DNA of 64,000 nt from Azolla caroliniana (Eukaryota > Plantae > Polypodiophyta). The notes beneath the pieces were generated by a model. It was not told where the DNA came from and searched no databases. It was given only the letters and a program-made list of their open reading frames with translations. A program made the translations under genes and the position numbers. Positions 63,449-64,000 of the stretch are shown here, one piece after another. The stretch is taken from positions 3,162,001 to 3,226,000 of the forward strand of contig JBHGNT010000014.1 of assembly GCA_043228905.1 (NCBI GenBank). Reading direction: 5' to 3'. The number at the start of each line of letters is the position of its first letter. The stretch's first letter is position 1.

Positions 63449-64000
63449 TGTCGTGAAGAAAACCGTCCACAAGCGGAATCGGTGCACCAGAGCGTAGGAA
63501 CCGGCTCTTCATGCACGTGCGCCTTATGTTGTACATAGGAGATCCTAGGCGGGCAGATTCGGTAGGTAGGAAGTAAAGGGGAAAACGGCTCCTTCCCTGC
63601 CTATAAAAGGAGGGAGACGCGAAAGAGGAGGGCATCGCGGAGAGTCGAGGACGAAGTGCTGTCGGGTTGCGTGCGAAGGCTTCTCTCTCTCTCTCTCTCT
63701 CTCTTTCTGGTTGCAAACGCCATAGCTTCCTTCTGTGCAGGTTTCGGGAGGCCCGCGCTGCTCTGAGGAATGCCCGAGTGCTTCCGGCAGCACCTCCAAC
63801 CTACTCATTCCCCTCTGTGCGTTTACGAGCAAGTATCGGCATCTGTTCAGCGGCCTGTTCGGTTGTAACCGACTTCGTGTTTTGTTGTCTTCGTGTTCTT
63901 GTTGTTTGTCTTGTCAATACATACATACTTTCGTGTCTTTCTGTGTCGCTGTCCCACTCGCGTCTTTGCGTCGAAGGGCCATGTCCCTGTGAATCTACGC
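63449..64000 (+). mobile_element. Gypsy LTR (same family as 57383), runs off the window
   Basis: TGTCGTGAAGAAAACCGTCC start identical to 57383; interrupts Copia gag. Confidence 0.85.

Overview
Eukaryotic, land-plant DNA, judged by the GT-AG introns, plant tRNA primer sites and a PP2 gene. The element families and (GA)n-rich LTRs suggest a fern or lycophyte, which is inference only. Most of the window is nested, decayed Ty1/Copia and Ty3/Gypsy LTR retrotransposons plus two hAT-type MITEs. One intact host gene is present: a 3-exon PP2-domain lectin (6939-8015, minus). The standout is a ~8.4 kb divergent two-gene cassette at 9494-17853. On the minus strand is a 6-exon gene encoding a ParB/Srx-like domain fused to a bacterial/phage-type beta-class amino-DNA-methyltransferase (DIPY...QKP...DLFSGT). 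On the plus strand is a Sola1-like DDD transposase. Intron 1 of the MTase gene contains 16 tandem 51-bp units, each built around a 33-bp CpG-rich palindrome. This looks like a DNA transposon carrying its own 6mA/4mC writer and a candidate binding/target array. This copy is pseudogenised and I could not find its TIRs. Secondary observations concern a tRNA-Trp-primed Gypsy group: it has a conserved -1 frameshift signal (GGATTTT plus pseudoknot) between protease and RT, and its insertion sites are consistently NCGN. All domain calls come from motif recognition by eye; no database search was run.
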